Assembly (NCBI GenBank): GCA_965246715.1
Contig: CBDFFH010000047.1
Coordinates: forward strand, 32,001 to 96,000
Length of the DNA stretch: 64,000 nucleotides
Direction of reading: 5' to 3'
From: Chamaesiphon sp.
GTDB lineage: Bacteria > Cyanobacteriota > Cyanobacteriia > Cyanobacteriales > Chamaesiphonaceae
Of this stretch, positions 53,349 to 63,472 are shown one piece after another; within the stretch, counting starts at the first letter, position 1, and every line of letters begins with the position of its first letter. The position numbers and the translations under genes were made by a program. The notes beneath the pieces were generated by a model that was given only the letters and a program-made list of their open reading frames with translations, was not told the DNA's origin and ran no database searches.

Positions 53349-54449
53349 ATGGCAGAAAGTTACTTACTCGATAAATTAAGATCCGTCGAACAGACATTTC
53401 ACGAACTTACCCGAAAATTAGGCGATCCGGACATCGCCAGAGATCCGAGCGAGATGCAGCGGATCGGGAAAGCTCGCGCCGCACTCGAAGAAGTTGTCGA
53501 AACCTTTGATACCTGGAAACAAGTCCAAGAAGATATCACCACTACTCGCCAGCTGGTGAAAGATTCCGGAAACGATCTGGAACTGCAAGAAATGGCCACG
53601 ATCGAAGCTGGCGAACTCGAAGCCAAAAGCGACGAACTCGAAAAGAAATTGAAAGTTTTATTATTACCGAAAGATCCGAATGATGAGCGCAACATCATGT
53701 TGGAAATTCGGGCGGGTACTGGTGGTGATGAAGCCGGAATATGGGCAGGCGACTTGGTGAGGATGTATTCCCGCTATGCAGAAACCCAGAAATGGAAAGT
53801 CTTTCTCGTGAGTGAATCGCTCGCAGAAATGGGTGGATTTAAAGAAGCTGTACTAGAGATTACTGGCGATCGAGTGTACAGTCAACTCAAGTTTGAGGCT
53901 GGTGTCCATCGCGTGCAACGAGTACCCTTAACTGAATCTGGCGGACGAGTGCATACTTCTACAGCTACCGTGGCAATTATGCCCGAAGTCGATGAAGTCG
54001 AGATCTTTATCGATCCGAAGGATATCGAAATGAGTACCGCTCGATCGGGTGGTGCTGGCGGACAAAACGTCAACAAAGTAGAAACCGCAGCGGATTTATT
54101 CCACAAGCCAACGGGAATTCGGATTTTCTGTACGGAAGAACGTTCTCAACGGCAGAATAAAGAACGCGCGATGCAAATCTTGCGGGCGAAGTTGTACGAT
54201 ATCAAGTTGCGCGAACAACAAGAAGAAGTAACTTCCATGCGGCGTTCTCAAGTCGGCACTGGCTCGCGATCGGAAAAAATCCGCACCTATAACTATAAAG
54301 ACAACCGCGCCACCGACCATCGCTTGGGGCAAAATTTTGGTTTGGAGAAGGTGCTAACTGGCGATCTGGAGGACGTAATCCAAAGTTGTATCTCACAAGA
54401 TCAACAGGAGCGTTTAGCCGAGCTAGCCGCCTCTACAGGTAGTAACTAA
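53349..54449 (+). CDS. prfA: Peptide chain release factor 1
   Basis: [16 protein letters not shown] (PxT motif), [10 protein letters not shown] with GGQ at 54057-54065. Confidence 0.98.
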   Translation: MAESYLLDKLRSVEQTFHELTRKLGDPDIARDPSEMQRIGKARAALEEVVETFDTWKQVQEDITTTRQLVKDSGNDLELQEMATIEAGELEAKSDELEKKLKVLLLPKDPNDERNIMLEIRAGTGGDEAGIWAGDLVRMYSRYAETQKWKVFLVSESLAEMGGFKEAVLEITGDRVYSQLKFEAGVHRVQRVPLTESGGRVHTSTATVAIMPEVDEVEIFIDPKDIEMSTARSGGAGGQNVNKVETAADLFHKPTGIRIFCTEERSQRQNKERAMQILRAKLYDIKLREQQEEVTSMRRSQVGTGSRSEKIRTYNYKDNRATDHRLGQNFGLEKVLTGDLEDVIQSCISQDQQERLAELAASTGSN

Positions 54450-54489
54450 GCGAAAATTCGATCGTACTTCTTGGTTCATAACTGCTGGT

Positions 54490-54543
54490 TAGCCAGCGGT
54501 TGAAACCGTAGCTAGTGATGCAAAGTCCGCCTGCGCGGACTAA
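54490..54543. repeat. REP-like double hairpin
   Basis: gcggttgaaaccgt plus agtccgcctgcgcggact; related units lie inside the 56993-57200 element. Confidence 0.65.
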
Positions 54544-54579
54544 AAAGAAAAAGTATGTCTCTCGATCGCATTATGAAAT

Positions 54580-55668
54580 ATGTTAGATCCATATTTATTA
54601 CAACAACTTACATCGCTCGAGCAAAACTATGATGAGCTTATAGCCAAACTCCAGTCGCCGATCGATCTCAGTCATGAAGATCTTCTACGAAGATATCAAG
54701 CTATTACCAGTATTGAAGAAACCGTAACTAAATTTAGGATCTGGAATAAACTTCAATTAGATTCGATCGAAATAGAAGAAATTTTTCGAGATTCAGAAAC
54801 CGACCGAGAACTTCAAGACCTTGCAAATATTGAAGTTTTGAACCTCCATCAAAAGAGCCTAGAATGCGAACGCGAACTTAAAATTCTGCTGCTACCCAAA
54901 GATCCTCATGACAATCGAAATGTCATTTTGGAAGTCCAGGCAATTGATAATGGTGATGAAGCTGAAATATGGGCGGGAGATTTAGTGCGAATATATACCC
55001 GCTACGCTGAGAGTCAAGGCTGGAAGGTCAAACTTGTATACAGTAGGGGCGAAAGAGGCTTTAAAGTAGCTATTTTAGAAATAACTGGCAAGCGAGTATA
55101 CAGTCAACTAAAGTTTGAATCTGGCATTCATGAAGTGCAACGTCTTCCGCTAACAGAATTGACAGATAAAAATATTTTTACTTCAAACGCAGCTATCCTA
55201 GTGATGTCAGACGTAAATGAAGCAGAGTTTTATCCCCCTGCACAGGATCTAGAGATTCGTCATTTTAATTATGGATTTCGGGGACATCCAAGACCGCGTG
55301 AGATAGATGGTTGCGATCTGTATCATAAGCCGACAGGCATCAGCATTTTCTGTTGTGAAGAACGAAATCAACATCAGAATAAAGAACGCGCGATGCAAAT
55401 CTTGCGAGCAAAGTTGTACGATATCAAATTGCGCGAACAACAGGAAGAAGTAACTTCCATGCGGCGATCGCAAGTTGGAATTGGCTCGCGATCGGAAAAA
55501 ATCCGTACTTATAACTATAAAGATAACCGCGCCACCGACCACCGCTTGGGGCAGAATTTTGGCTTGGAGAAGGTGCTAACTGGCGATCTGGAGGACGTAA
55601 TCCAAAGTTGCATCTCTCAAGACCAACAGGAGCGTTTAGCCGAGCTAGCTGCCTCTACGGGTGGCTAA
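54580..55668 (+). CDS. RF1 paralog lacking the GGQ motif (PCRF-domain protein)
   Basis: Colinear with prfA over 362 aa; GGQ loop replaced by FNYGFRGHPRPRE; C-terminal 96 aa nearly identical to PrfA. Confidence 0.9.
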   Translation: MLDPYLLQQLTSLEQNYDELIAKLQSPIDLSHEDLLRRYQAITSIEETVTKFRIWNKLQLDSIEIEEIFRDSETDRELQDLANIEVLNLHQKSLECERELKILLLPKDPHDNRNVILEVQAIDNGDEAEIWAGDLVRIYTRYAESQGWKVKLVYSRGERGFKVAILEITGKRVYSQLKFESGIHEVQRLPLTELTDKNIFTSNAAILVMSDVNEAEFYPPAQDLEIRHFNYGFRGHPRPREIDGCDLYHKPTGISIFCCEERNQHQNKERAMQILRAKLYDIKLREQQEEVTSMRRSQVGIGSRSEKIRTYNYKDNRATDHRLGQNFGLEKVLTGDLEDVIQSCISQDQQERLAELAASTGG

Positions 55669-55749
55669 TTCTCGCTCTAAACACGCGACTCGCAACCCGA
55701 TCGGCACAACACGTGCAACTAAACCTGTTTAGTTGCGCCGAACATTAAG

Positions 55750-55784
55750 ATTCCTGGCTTCATCTAGAAGCCAGGAATTTATTT
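55750..55784 (+). terminator. Terminator-like hairpin
   Basis: attcctggcttc-atcta-gaagccaggaat followed by tttattt. Confidence 0.65.
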
Positions 55785-56056
55785 GGCTGTGGCTAGTCTG
55801 AAGCGAATAATTTTTTCTCTATCTAATGATGGTGAATAGATCGGTCGATTGAATGATGCTGCAACGTAGCTGGATTTTTAATATGTAAAGTATGTAGCTA
55901 GAAAGGTGAAGGTCTAATCACACTGAGCTAATAGCTTGTAGACAACAGAATACTGATGAAATTTGGGTTCGTCCACAATGAAAATCTATTTCAAAGTGAA
56001 TAAATCTTCGATCGATTCAACTTTTATTCTTTATTTTTAAAATTGGGGTTCCTACA

Positions 56057-56815
56057 ATGAAATCTGATATTGCGTTACACGAAATCATGCGCCTCGACGA
56101 GTATGCGCAAGAAGAAGCCAAAGCGGAAGCGGAAGCCAACTCCACCCTTAGTCAGTCGGTAGTTAAAGATAGCGAATCGGTAGGCACCTCCTTGAAAGAC
56201 GCGCCTGCGATGCATGAATCAGTCAGCTCGATCGATATTCCATCGGAAACAGTCATCAATTATGACGAACCACCAGCTATGGCTGATGAGCCTGAGATGA
56301 AGATCGACGAGGAAGCTGCCACCAAATCAGTCGATATCGCTATTACCGAGCCATCGATCGATCCTGGTCAATCGCTCACGGATCCAGAAGATCTGCCTGC
56401 GACGGATGATGTGATGAAAGCGGTTGAGTCAACAACTGACTCTACTAAAGAAGCTGTGATGAATACAGTTGACTCAACAATTGATGCTGCCCAAGAAACT
56501 TGGGAGACAGTTCAAGCTAAAGCACCGGGAGTATTTGACGAAATATTATCAGCTATTCCAGCATTCTTCCAAAATAATCGCCAATTATTAATCAATTTAG
56601 GTGTATTTTTCCTCGCTCTTGTAGCTGCTAAACTGCTGTTTGCCGGACTCGATGCGATCGACGATCTGCCATTAGTTGCACCGTTGCTCGAAATTGTTGG
56701 TTTGGTATATGTGGTGAAATTTATTTGGGATTACTTGCTTCGCGAGCAAGACCGTCACAAACTGGCTGAAAAGTTCGATCGAGTCAAAGCAGAAGTCTTA
56801 GGAAATCCTCAGTAA
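56057..56815 (+). CDS. curT: CAAD/CURT1-domain thylakoid curvature protein with a long acidic N-terminal region
   Basis: C-terminal LDAIDDLPLVAPLLEIVGL.Y...F.W.YLL....R..L. Confidence 0.75.
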   Translation: MKSDIALHEIMRLDEYAQEEAKAEAEANSTLSQSVVKDSESVGTSLKDAPAMHESVSSIDIPSETVINYDEPPAMADEPEMKIDEEAATKSVDIAITEPSIDPGQSLTDPEDLPATDDVMKAVESTTDSTKEAVMNTVDSTIDAAQETWETVQAKAPGVFDEILSAIPAFFQNNRQLLINLGVFFLALVAAKLLFAGLDAIDDLPLVAPLLEIVGLVYVVKFIWDYLLREQDRHKLAEKFDRVKAEVLGNPQ

Positions 56816-56992
56816 ACTCATATCTGCGACACTAGCAGCGATTGGTGTTTGGACTAAAAACGATCGAGACAAATCATTTCAAGGATTGGATGAGTTGTGT
56901 TTTTCACACTCATTGTGTCCCGCTTCGGCAGCCTCAGTTCTTCTGTGGCTGCCTTTGTCTCTTTTTTAGTCTAAACTCCAGTTAGATAGTAA

Positions 56993-57200
56993 GAGGGTGT
57001 CTGAAAAGTCCCAGATTTGGTAGCCTAGCGATTGAAATCGCGGCTACATGTACAAAACCTGCCTCCGCAGGTTGCTGAAAACCTTAGTCTACGGAGCGGC
57101 GAGCGCTCTGGAGGTTTCCTCCAGGTTTAGCGTGCCAAGACAGGCAGACTTTGCAGCGATAGCGGCGGTTTTAACCGCTATCAGCTTTTCAGACACCCTC
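56993..57200. mobile_element. MITE with IS5-family-like ends, TAA target duplication, carrying inverted REP-like units
   Basis: taa|GAGGGTGTCTGAAAAG ... CTTTTCAGACACCCTC|taa (16-bp perfect TIR). Confidence 0.82.
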
Positions 57201-57238
57201 TAAAGTCAGTTTTTTAGGTTTTTAAACATTTTCCAACC

Positions 57239-58459
57239 ATGCGCTCTGGTTATACCCTCCCTGTCTTTGCGACTGCCAGTGCGATCGCGGCATTACAATG
57301 TCTACAAAAATCGCAGCGAGATAAGTCTCTCGTCAACCTAGACTTAATTAACCCACCCGAGCGGATAGAGATCTCGATCGATAGTGTTGCTTTAATTCGA
57401 TCGGAGATGGCCCTGGGGATTACTCATAGCGACCCTGGTGATAACCTGGATTTAACACGCGATACTCCAGTTTGGACGGTAGTAGAGTGGGCAGATCCCA
57501 CTCAGGTAGAATCGATCGTTATCCTGGGGGGTGAAGGGGTCGGCAAGCAGTCAAATTTGGATGATGCACCTGCAATCTATAGTTATGCCCAGCAGCTATT
57601 ACAGGCTAATTTAGCCCCGTTGTTGGGAGCCGGAGAAAAGATTAGGGTCACGATCGTGTTACCAGAAGGGAGGAAATTGGCGACGCGCACGTCGAATGCT
57701 GCGTTTGGGGTAGTAGAAGGGTTGTCTTTATTAGGTACTTCAGGTATTTCGCAACCTTTGAGTGCGCCGGGACAATTGGAGGTTTGTTTGACGGAATTGC
57801 GCGCTAGGGTTGGGGAATCCGGAACCCACCCCACCCTGCGGGCACCCCTCCCAGGAGGGGATTTGGATACTAGTGATGAGCGAACCCCTTTGTTCGTGGT
57901 GGCACCAGAGCCACAGGCGGTGGTGGAGAGATCTCCATTAGTTTTTTGCATTGGGGAAAATGGGTTGGACTTGGCGCAGAAAATGGGGATTGGGCGCGAT
58001 CGAATTATTAAGACAGCGAATTGGTTGGGGCCATTACTGGCTGAGGCAGGGGTGTTGGGTGTGCCGAAATTGTTACTATTTGGCTATCATGGCAAACTGA
58101 TTAAGTTGGCGGGGGGAATATTTCATACCCATCATCATTTAGCCGATGGGAGATTGGAAATTTTAGTAGCAGCAGCGGCGCGGATGGGTTTGCCAGCGGA
58201 ACTCTTGGCTGGTTTATTCGATTGTCAGACAGCGGAGGATGTATTGAAATATCTCAGATCGATCGATCTCAGTGACGGGAGCGACTGGGTGAATCAGATT
58301 TATGGATATCTGACAGCTCGGATCGACGAACGAGCGGCGGAATATATTTATAATCAGACACAACAGCAGGTAAGTGTTGGTTCGCTAGTATTCGATCGAT
58401 CCCGTGAAATCATTGGATCTAGTCCCACGGGGGCAACATTTGTGGGGCAATTATGCTAG
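57239..58459 (+). CDS. cbiD: Cobalt-precorrin-5B C1-methyltransferase, with an in-frame insertion
   Basis: RSGYTLPV, SDPGDNLDLTR, RTSNAAFGVVEGLSLLGT, GYHGKLIKLAGGIFHTH. Confidence 0.95.
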   Translation: MRSGYTLPVFATASAIAALQCLQKSQRDKSLVNLDLINPPERIEISIDSVALIRSEMALGITHSDPGDNLDLTRDTPVWTVVEWADPTQVESIVILGGEGVGKQSNLDDAPAIYSYAQQLLQANLAPLLGAGEKIRVTIVLPEGRKLATRTSNAAFGVVEGLSLLGTSGISQPLSAPGQLEVCLTELRARVGESGTHPTLRAPLPGGDLDTSDERTPLFVVAPEPQAVVERSPLVFCIGENGLDLAQKMGIGRDRIIKTANWLGPLLAEAGVLGVPKLLLFGYHGKLIKLAGGIFHTHHHLADGRLEILVAAAARMGLPAELLAGLFDCQTAEDVLKYLRSIDLSDGSDWVNQIYGYLTARIDERAAEYIYNQTQQQVSVGSLVFDRSREIIGSSPTGATFVGQLC

Positions 58460-58601
58460 GCTAGATCGAATATAAATAATTTTAATTAGCTTCCTATTTG
58501 TTGTTTTTGAGATGACTCTTTAAAATTCGAGGAGTTACCCACTTTTCTAAAGTTAGTGGGAAAATTCGTCATCAACTATATTACCTTACTGGGAGTCCGT
58601 C

Positions 58602-60233
58602 GTGACAACGCAAACAGACATCGCTGCAACAGCTCTACACCCTACAGAAAATCCATTAGGGGATGCAAAATTAAATCATCAAATGGTCGTCATTCTGGAC
58701 TTCGGCTCCCAGTATTCCGAACTGATCGCCCGTCGAATTCGTGAAACCCAAGTTTATTCTGAAGTCATCTCTTATCGTACTACTGCCGCACAACTGAAAC
58801 TATTAAATCCCAAGGGAATTATCCTCTCTGGTGGCCCGAGTTCAGTGTACGACGAGCGCGCACCAAAATGCGACCCGGAAATCTGGAATCTAGGGATTCC
58901 GGTATTGGGTGTTTGTTACGGAATGCAATTGATGGTACAACAACTCGGCGGCGATGTCGTCAAGGCGAAAAAAGCCGAGTATGGTAAAGCTGAAATCCTG
59001 ATTGACGATCCGATCGATCTCCTCACCAATGTCGAAACCGGATCGACAATGTGGATGAGTCATGGCGACTCCTGCGAAAAACTCCCGACGGGATTTGCGC
59101 TAATCGCGCATACTGAGAATACTCCATGTGCGGCGATCGCCGACCATCAGCGCAAACTTTATGGCGTGCAGTTTCACCCCGAAGTCGTGCATTCGATCGG
59201 TGGGATTGCGTTAATTCGCAACTTTGTCTATCATATTTGCGCCTGTCAGCCAACGTGGACGACAGAAGCATTTGTAGAAGAAGCCATCCGGAATATTCGT
59301 GCTAGAGTTGGCGATAAACGCGTCTTGTTAGCATTATCTGGTGGTGTCGATTCTTCGACTTTAGCATTTCTATTGCATCGCGCGATCGGCGACCAGTTGA
59401 CATGTATGTTCATCGATCAAGGGTTCATGCGGAAGCTCGAACCCGAACGTCTCGTCGCACTATTTAAAGACCAATTCCACATCAAGGTTGAATATGTGAT
59501 GGCGCGGGAACGGTTTATCAATGCCGTTGCTGGAGTGACAGATCCTGAAACCAAACGGAAAATTATCGGTACTGAATTTATTCGGGTATTTGAATCAGAA
59601 TCAAAACGCTTGGGGCCATTCGATTATCTCGCTCAAGGTACTTTATATCCCGACGTAATCGAGTCAGCAGATACTAATGTCGATCCACAAAGTGGCGAAC
59701 GAGTAGCGGTTAAGATTAAAAGCCATCATAATGTCGGTGGTTTGCCAAAAGATCTTCAATTTAAACTCGTCGAACCCCTCCGCAAATTATTTAAAGATGA
59801 AGTGCGAAAAGTAGGACGTTCGATCGGGCTACCCGAAGAAATCGTTACCCGTCAACCTTTTCCAGGCCCTGGCTTAGCAATTCGGATCATTGGTGAAGTC
59901 ACTGCCGAACGCTTAAATATCCTCCGCGATGCCGATCTGATCGTGCGTCAAGAAGTTAATAAACAGGGACTTTATCATAAGCTTTGGCAAGCATTTGCCG
60001 TGCTATTAGCCGATGTAAATAGTGTAGGTGTGATGGGCGACCAACGTACTTATGCTCATCCGATCGTCTTGCGGTGCGTATCCAGTGAAGATGGCATGAC
60101 CGCTGATTGGTCGCGGGTACCGTATGAGTTTCTAGAGATAGTTTCCAATCGGATCGTAAATGAAGTCAAAGGTGTAAATCGCGTGGTTTATGATATCACT
60201 TCTAAGCCACCTGGAACGATCGAGTGGGAATGA
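58602..60233 (+). CDS. guaA: GMP synthase (glutamine-hydrolysing)
   Basis: [39 protein letters not shown]. Confidence 0.98.
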   Translation: MTTQTDIAATALHPTENPLGDAKLNHQMVVILDFGSQYSELIARRIRETQVYSEVISYRTTAAQLKLLNPKGIILSGGPSSVYDERAPKCDPEIWNLGIPVLGVCYGMQLMVQQLGGDVVKAKKAEYGKAEILIDDPIDLLTNVETGSTMWMSHGDSCEKLPTGFALIAHTENTPCAAIADHQRKLYGVQFHPEVVHSIGGIALIRNFVYHICACQPTWTTEAFVEEAIRNIRARVGDKRVLLALSGGVDSSTLAFLLHRAIGDQLTCMFIDQGFMRKLEPERLVALFKDQFHIKVEYVMARERFINAVAGVTDPETKRKIIGTEFIRVFESESKRLGPFDYLAQGTLYPDVIESADTNVDPQSGERVAVKIKSHHNVGGLPKDLQFKLVEPLRKLFKDEVRKVGRSIGLPEEIVTRQPFPGPGLAIRIIGEVTAERLNILRDADLIVRQEVNKQGLYHKLWQAFAVLLADVNSVGVMGDQRTYAHPIVLRCVSSEDGMTADWSRVPYEFLEIVSNRIVNEVKGVNRVVYDITSKPPGTIEWE

Positions 60234-60273
60234 GTAAAATCTAAATCCAAGTAAAACTCAATTCAAAATTTTT

Positions 60274-60297
60274 GTAGGGTGGGCAATGCCCACCTTA
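60274..60297. repeat. GTAG-type REP hairpin
   Basis: gtagggtgggcaatgcccacctt between convergent genes. Confidence 0.6.
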
Positions 60298-60312
60298 TCA
60301 ATTTATTTCTTA

Positions 60313-60720
60313 TTATTCATTATTTTCGATCGGCACTCCAGCCGCAATCATCTCTTCTACAACTCTACATTTTTTAAATTCATCTTCAATTAATAATGCA
60401 CTACCAGTCGTTCGATCGATTGGTAAATAGCTAGCGAAAGATCTGCTTTCTACTGAAATATTTAATCCTTGACCTTTAATGCCTTCCATTACTCGCACAG
60501 CATCAGAACTAAGCATCTCATCTAGAAATAAACCTCCTGCTTCAATAATTAATGTTCGTATTTTTGCAGGTGAATCATGACTAAATTGTGGCAAGCATCT
60601 TCGTACCGCTAGTAATTCACCGATCGATGGTTTATCTTGCTGAAAATGGATGATAATTCTAGTGTAATTGCGATTGTATTTTATTAGAACCCAATCATGA
60701 GATCTTTCCCAGTCGGCCAT
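60313..60720 (-). CDS. Hypothetical protein
   Basis: 135-aa AT-rich ORF; no family recognised with confidence. Confidence 0.6.
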   Translation of the reverse strand: MADWERSHDWVLIKYNRNYTRIIIHFQQDKPSIGELLAVRRCLPQFSHDSPAKIRTLIIEAGGLFLDEMLSSDAVRVMEGIKGQGLNISVESRSFASYLPIDRTTGSALLIEDEFKKCRVVEEMIAAGVPIENNE

Positions 60721-60814
60721 ACTAACGCTATCTTGTCGATTACCGATCGATCTTTTTTAATAGATTAAATATATCGGTTCTAGTGTAAATTTTACAATTG
60801 CTTTAACTAAATTT

Positions 60815-61630
60815 ATGACTATTTGGCAAGCAGATATCTATAGCCGTCCCCAACATACCGATCGAGGAGAAACTTTATGGGAACTAGTTATCTGTGCTGC
60901 TGAAGGCGGATGGTACCACACGGCAATTTGTCCGCAACAGCAGGTGAATTCCGACTGGATTGCAATGCAGATCCAGTTAGCCGCAGGCGATAAATTACCT
61001 CAAGAAATTCAAGTTTTTCGACCTCAGAGTTTAGGTTTGGTGCGAGCGGCTGGGCAAAAATTGGGCATTGAAGTTGTGGCGACTCGTCGCACGATCGCTC
61101 TCAAAAAACTATTACAACAACAGGCTCAAAGTTATGGTATTCCTAATTATCAACCATTAACAATCGAGTCGCCACCACCATTACCTATTCCCGACATCTT
61201 AATAGGTGATAAGTGGCAATTTGTTACGCTCCCAGCCAAAGAATTAGTCACCGATTTTACCGATCGACCGATTCCAATCTACTCGATGCCGGACTACTTA
61301 TTGCCACCGCATTGGGGGCTAGGTGGAAATGTCGCTATCCCTGGAGTCATCATTTATGGGGGCAAGCAATCGATGCGCTTGGCGCGGTGGATCGCCGAAA
61401 CGGAACCTGTCAGCCTCAATTATCTCGGTGACGATCCGGGTGGGTTAGTATTGGATGCTAGTTTAGCCGATCGGTGGGTGATGTTAACATTTAATGATGC
61501 TGAAGTCAGCCAAGCTGCCAGACTTTATGAAGCACGAAAAAAACTCGTGCATGGCTTGCATTTTCTGTTAGTTACGCCTGATGATTCTGGGATAACTGAC
61601 AGCGGGATTTGGTTATTGCAAAGTACCTGA
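60815..61630 (+). CDS. Tab2/Atab2-family RNA-binding protein
   Basis: WQADIYSRP, WELVIC, FRPQS, GLHFLLV.PDDSG....GIWLL. Confidence 0.9.
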   Translation: MTIWQADIYSRPQHTDRGETLWELVICAAEGGWYHTAICPQQQVNSDWIAMQIQLAAGDKLPQEIQVFRPQSLGLVRAAGQKLGIEVVATRRTIALKKLLQQQAQSYGIPNYQPLTIESPPPLPIPDILIGDKWQFVTLPAKELVTDFTDRPIPIYSMPDYLLPPHWGLGGNVAIPGVIIYGGKQSMRLARWIAETEPVSLNYLGDDPGGLVLDASLADRWVMLTFNDAEVSQAARLYEARKKLVHGLHFLLVTPDDSGITDSGIWLLQST

Positions 61631-61637
61631 AGCTATA

Positions 61638-62108
61638 TCAACGCATGAAAATATCAACATAATCGGTTTCGATACCACAAGGACTTTGCATTTCCTGCAA
61701 TCGCCAATATTTGCGGTTTTGAGTAATTTTAAAGAGCATTTTGCCATAACGTTCGCAGGGTTTACCGTTGTTGTTATGACTGACGCGCGTAACGATAGAG
61801 CCTTGAAAAACAAACTCTCTTGCCTTAATACTGACTACCTCACCATCGATTTCAAGATAATCATCGCCTTTGGTTTGTCGCCCTTTCAGATATAACGTAC
61901 CTTGACGATTGACAACTTGTAAATCGCCAAATTCCCGCCAATTATCCCAACCGAGCCACTGAAGATTAATCTTATGCTCGCCGAGCAATTGTTTGGCGGC
62001 AAATGTGTTATTGATGAATGTTGGTTCGGCAGATCGACTGGGGGCAAGTTGGCTCGTCTGGACTAAAAGTGTCGTCGCTAGGATCGAGAGAATGCGAGGG
62101 AGTTGCAT
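61638..62108 (-). CDS. Hypothetical exported protein
   Basis: Signal-peptide-like start at ATG 62108 (MQLPRILSILATTLL); LQWLGW, RKYWRLQEM and DYVDIF segments. Confidence 0.65.
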   Translation of the reverse strand: MQLPRILSILATTLLVQTSQLAPSRSAEPTFINNTFAAKQLLGEHKINLQWLGWDNWREFGDLQVVNRQGTLYLKGRQTKGDDYLEIDGEVVSIKAREFVFQGSIVTRVSHNNNGKPCERYGKMLFKITQNRKYWRLQEMQSPCGIETDYVDIFMR

Positions 62109-62203
62109 AGATGGGTAAAAAGCGATCGAGAGGTATTTACTGTTAGTGACAGGATCGATCGATGTGGAGGTTCCCACTATCCACTTGACTGTGAATAAAT
62201 TTT

Positions 62204-62247
62204 ACGTGAATTCGGGTTGAGGATATTTGCTCCGTTCTTGCACCACC
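62204..62247. mobile_element. Solo degenerate end of the 19759-19995 MITE family
   Basis: acgtgaattcggg...atttgctccgttcttgcaccacc resembles the reverse complement of 19947-19995. Confidence 0.55.
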
Positions 62248-62281
62248 AACGATTTCAATCGTTGATGTTATTTAACAGCTC

Positions 62282-63439
62282 TTATCCGAGTCGCGATCGA
62301 TAGTCTTCATATTCAAACTTACGCCACAGCTTGAAATTACCATCTTTTTCAATTGCGCCGATCGATGGATGTACGACTCCATTAAACATCGAAGTTTTAA
62401 CCATCGTATAGTGCATCATATCTTCAAAAATCAATCGATCGCCGATCGCTAAATCGCTGTCGAACGCATAATCTCCCAAAAAATCACCCGCCAAGCAACT
62501 AGAGCCGCCCATCCGATAGACTTTATCGCCTACTTGCGGATCTCGCGCACCACGAATCGCTGGCTTGTAAGGCATTTCGAGGCAGTCGGGCATATGGGCG
62601 GTAAAAGATAGATCCAACATCACATTTGTTAGATCGTCAGCCGGAATCAGATCGAGTACCGTACCCATCAAAAATCCGGTTTCCCAAACAATTGCCGAAC
62701 CTGGTTCCATCCAGACTGATAGCTGGGGATGGCGCGAATGGAAGGCATTTAAGACCTCGATCGCATGTTCGACATTATAATCTTTGCGCGTCATGAGATG
62801 ACCGCCGCCTAAATTCAACCACTTGAGTTGAGGTAAATATTGCCCGAAATAATGTTCGATATTCGCGAGAGTTTTTTCAAGTGCATAGGAGTCACTTTCG
62901 CAAAGATTATGCGATAAAAAGCCATCTATTCCCTCTGGTAGTGTATCGCCAAGGTGTGATGGCGAAATTCCCAATCGTGTTGATGGCTGACAAGGATTGT
63001 AAAGAGCAGTTTGAACTGGAGAATATTGGGGATTTATTCGCAGTCCGACTGAGGGTTTATTTGGCGTGTAAGCGGTAACTTGCGATCGAAAGTGTTCCCA
63101 CTGTGAAACCGAGTTGAAGGTAAGGTGCGCTGCTAATGGGAGAATTTCTGGCATGTCCTCATCGCGATATGCGGGTGAATAAACATGCACTTCGCTACTA
63201 AATTCTTCAGCGGCGAGTCTGGCTTCCCACAGCGAACTAGCTGATGCACCTTGAAGGGTGGTACGAATCTGCGGAAAGCTATGAAAGAGCGAGTATCCCT
63301 TGAGTGCCAACATGATACGGATTGGGGCTTCTTTCTGTACTCTAGCGAAGATCGCGAGATTGCGATCGAGTAATGCTTCTTCTAATACAAAGCAGGGCGA
63401 CGGAATATTTTTAAAAACTTCGTGATTGAGTTGTGTCAT
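62282..63439 (-). CDS. nspC: Carboxynorspermidine/carboxyspermidine decarboxylase
   Basis: PSPCFVLEE, LALKG, GLRINP, NLGGGH, HMPDCLEMPY, SCLAGD, HYTMVK..MFNG. Confidence 0.95.
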   Translation of the reverse strand: MTQLNHEVFKNIPSPCFVLEEALLDRNLAIFARVQKEAPIRIMLALKGYSLFHSFPQIRTTLQGASASSLWEARLAAEEFSSEVHVYSPAYRDEDMPEILPLAAHLTFNSVSQWEHFRSQVTAYTPNKPSVGLRINPQYSPVQTALYNPCQPSTRLGISPSHLGDTLPEGIDGFLSHNLCESDSYALEKTLANIEHYFGQYLPQLKWLNLGGGHLMTRKDYNVEHAIEVLNAFHSRHPQLSVWMEPGSAIVWETGFLMGTVLDLIPADDLTNVMLDLSFTAHMPDCLEMPYKPAIRGARDPQVGDKVYRMGGSSCLAGDFLGDYAFDSDLAIGDRLIFEDMMHYTMVKTSMFNGVVHPSIGAIEKDGNFKLWRKFEYEDYRSRLG

Positions 63440-63472
63440 GTCGAGTGAGTGTGAGGGGCATTAGAGAATCTA

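Noticed and set aside
54153..55662. prfA repeat pair as a diversity-generating retroelement TR/VR
   Set aside because: Differences are third-position synonymous and not adenine-specific; there is no reverse transcriptase in the window.
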